From Botryllus schlosseri (lineage: Eukaryota): a stretch of 64,000 nt of DNA. Where the stretch lies: NCBI GenBank assembly GCA_051294905.1, contig CM119373.1:5582001-5646000 (forward strand), written 5' to 3'. The notes under the pieces were generated by a model. That model did no database searches and was not told the origin of the DNA. It worked only from the letters and a program-made list of their open reading frames with translations. The first letter of the stretch is position 1; every line of letters starts with the position of its first letter. Shown here piece after piece: positions 61,657 to 64,000 of this stretch. Position numbers and translations under genes: made by a program.

Positions 61657-63771
61657 CTGTTACAAAATTTTACTGTGTTGGATTTTTGTCAAATGGTTCC
61701 ATTCTTTTGGTATGTTGTTTATAGTTTCGTTATCCATTTGCCCGTAATTTTTTATGTTCCGTCCACTAATTGGACTTTTATAGCTGTGGTTCCCAAATGG
61801 AGGTGTGGAATTCAGGACTTTCTGGTATGGAACAGACGCACAATAATTTTAACAGGCAGTATATACGTATGTACGGAGGCGCATTACTGGGATGACGGTT
61901 ACCAGTTGTTCATTGCTCGGAGCTGTATGCGTCACTCACAGAAACCTGTTTTTAATTCCGAAAAGCCAATATCAGGGTAGGCTAGGTAAAATCGCAGCAC
62001 TCAGCAGTCGATAATCTTCTACCTCAAATGTGCACAGTTGTGTGGGACAAGTTACAGAAATAAGTAGCTAAAATGCGTTTTAGGGTATAAGGCATGGGTA
62101 ACGAGCTGAAAAGCATGACTTTTTAAAAGACGGTAAATTATGAACAACCCCAGTGTTAGATGCTGCATGTAGGATGTTGCCTTGGTGTTTGACTGTTGCG
62201 AATCATCTATAACATGGGTTCTTAAAGTATGGGTCGCGACCCGAACATTAGCCGCGAAGGGTATAAATTTTGGTCGCGACTGCCCAAAGCGATTGCTAAA
62301 TTTCTTGTAGCCACCAAATTTGTTCGCGCTTTGCGCGATATTCTGTGTTTAGTTTGTGCATGTACAAGGTCATTGTGTTGAGTACTATAGCCAATAAACG
62401 AGGCACGCAGAAACGTCGTTACTCCATGGTGTATTCATGAAAATGCGCCGACCTTTGTATTACGGAAAATGGTTTGATGTCATGATACGATTTGACTGAC
62501 ATTGGTTTCTCTGGAAAGGTCTTACTTGCGCTGGTAAATCCCGAACAGGCTGAGAAAGGAAAAGAGCACGGCCGTACTGCCGCACCCAATATATTTTTAA
62601 TTTACAGAAATTAATCACCTTTATTCGTAATTGTGAAAGCGCAGAATATTCCTAATATCGTAAACGTCGCCGGAGACCGTTGGACAGCTTCAAACTAGGG
62701 TAGTGGCAACGGGTTTTCGAGGCCGCCCTTTCTGTCCATGCTGGGACACATGGAGACATAACTTTATGGCCTACATGCGGTTGCGCCCAAAATACGGTGC
62801 GAAAAACGACGGATAAATGCGAATAAACCTTGACCCAGAATAACCTTGGCCCAGAATGACCGTGTCTGGTTGGCCAAAACGTTCAATATGGACATGCCCG
62901 CTCTCAGAAATGGTCGGCATCAAATAGTCTCGTCCTTGGAATCTGAGCCCCGCAGTACAAATGTCGCCCACTAAGGAAAATAATGCTCCACGATTGGAAA
63001 TCGCATGCGTCAAATATGTTTCACATAACTGCTGCATTGCGTACAACTGATTATATGCGCGGACTGCGCTTTCTCTATTTCATACATGACCGTAACTAGG
63101 TAGCATACTGACATTATAAATGCATTATTGTCGATGCGTGAGGCTTCAGTCGTGACATGGAATATAACGCAGATTTGGTTTGCGCTTCAGAAAGTTTAAG
63201 TACTCCTGATATGAGCTATGATATGTGCGCCGATCTGCAATAATAATATTAATATTCTTAGATCAGAAACGATTGCACTGGCACATTCTTGACCGAACAA
63301 CTGTGTTTTTAAGTTTGCTGATTACGAATATGATATCAGTTTTTTTTCAGATAGACTCTGGTATCGAATATATTATATATTTATGTTGGCGGAATGTCTA
63401 ATATGTGCCTTCTACACTATGGTTTAGTGAGGATACTTATTTAAAAGCAAAATAAGGGACTGCAACTTGAAATAAATAACTCGACGACTGCTGGTGTAAA
63501 TAATCGCGGTAAATTCAGTAGATCGGATAATGTAAAGTTTTAAATGAAACATTAATCTTATTACTTTGTTTAACAACTTTGATTCGGTGTCTGTTTCCTC
63601 TTAGTGTAAATTTCGAATTAATTTTAATCGCACCGCTATAATCAACGAAATTAGAGTTAGTGACATCATTTATTCCGATGATGATTCAATTGCAAACCAC
63701 ACTGTCCAATATAAAAGGTAGGGCTACACTTCGTTGCTTTCCCTAATATACTCCTATTATGCAGAACGTAC

Positions 63772-63945
63772 CAGTAGCCGTAGGAGTAAACGTTGTCCAG
63801 TCATTTCCCTTTGGGCTCGTGGACAGTTCAATGGTCGGTGTCGCTCTACTTTGATCGCCCTCCAGACCTGGTGTGCTTGTATCAATATCAATGACACGGC
63901 CCTTATTATGTTTCCTGAGATTTGTTTTCATTTGCTTTATGAGAT
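63772..63945 (-). CDS. Putative Thr-rich exon of the pentraxin B gene (5' boundary uncertain)
   Basis: Open frame LIKQMKTNLRKHNKGRVIDIDTSTPGLEG...TTFTPTAT ending at a phase-1 donor gtacgt. Confidence 0.4.
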
Positions 63946-64000
63946 CTTTTCCGGAAACGCAAAATCGAATTACAGGACGTTAAATTCGGGTGATACGCAC

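Noticed and set aside
62771..62971. Kringle-like start (ICTAG...GRDY...TISESGH) after a good acceptor upstream of pentraxin B
   Set aside because: The remaining kringle Cys/Trp residues are missing and the frame ends in a stop; cannot be supported.

Overview
Animal genomic DNA: AT-rich, with spliceosomal introns and many repeats. The host may be a marine invertebrate such as an ascidian, but that is only an impression. (1) A complete 9-exon glycine amidinotransferase (GATM/AGAT-family) gene lies on + at 32874-47852 (392 aa). The catalytic residues are intact but several substrate-channel residues have changed, notably the Arg322-equivalent to Trp. (2) A young, full-length 5.9-kb Ty3/Gypsy LTR retrotransposon lies on - at 51980-57879. 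It has 241-bp LTRs, a TAAA target duplication, a gag ATG inside the PBS, and a UUUAAAC slippery site followed by a candidate pseudoknot at the gag-pol junction. (3) A minus-strand cluster of lectin-type genes and gene relics contains C-type lectin exons, Ser/Thr-rich linker exons and two terminal pentraxin-domain exons; some are intact and some decayed. (4) There is a dense, nested set of non-autonomous DNA transposons (mostly hAT with 8-bp TSDs), fold-back elements, a tRNA-derived SINE family, decayed hAT and piggyBac-like transposase fragments, and a ~1.9-kb duplicated block. All calls were made by eye. I see no convincing wholly new system; the best leads are the divergent amidinotransferase, the retroelement expression signals and the lectin/pentraxin cluster.
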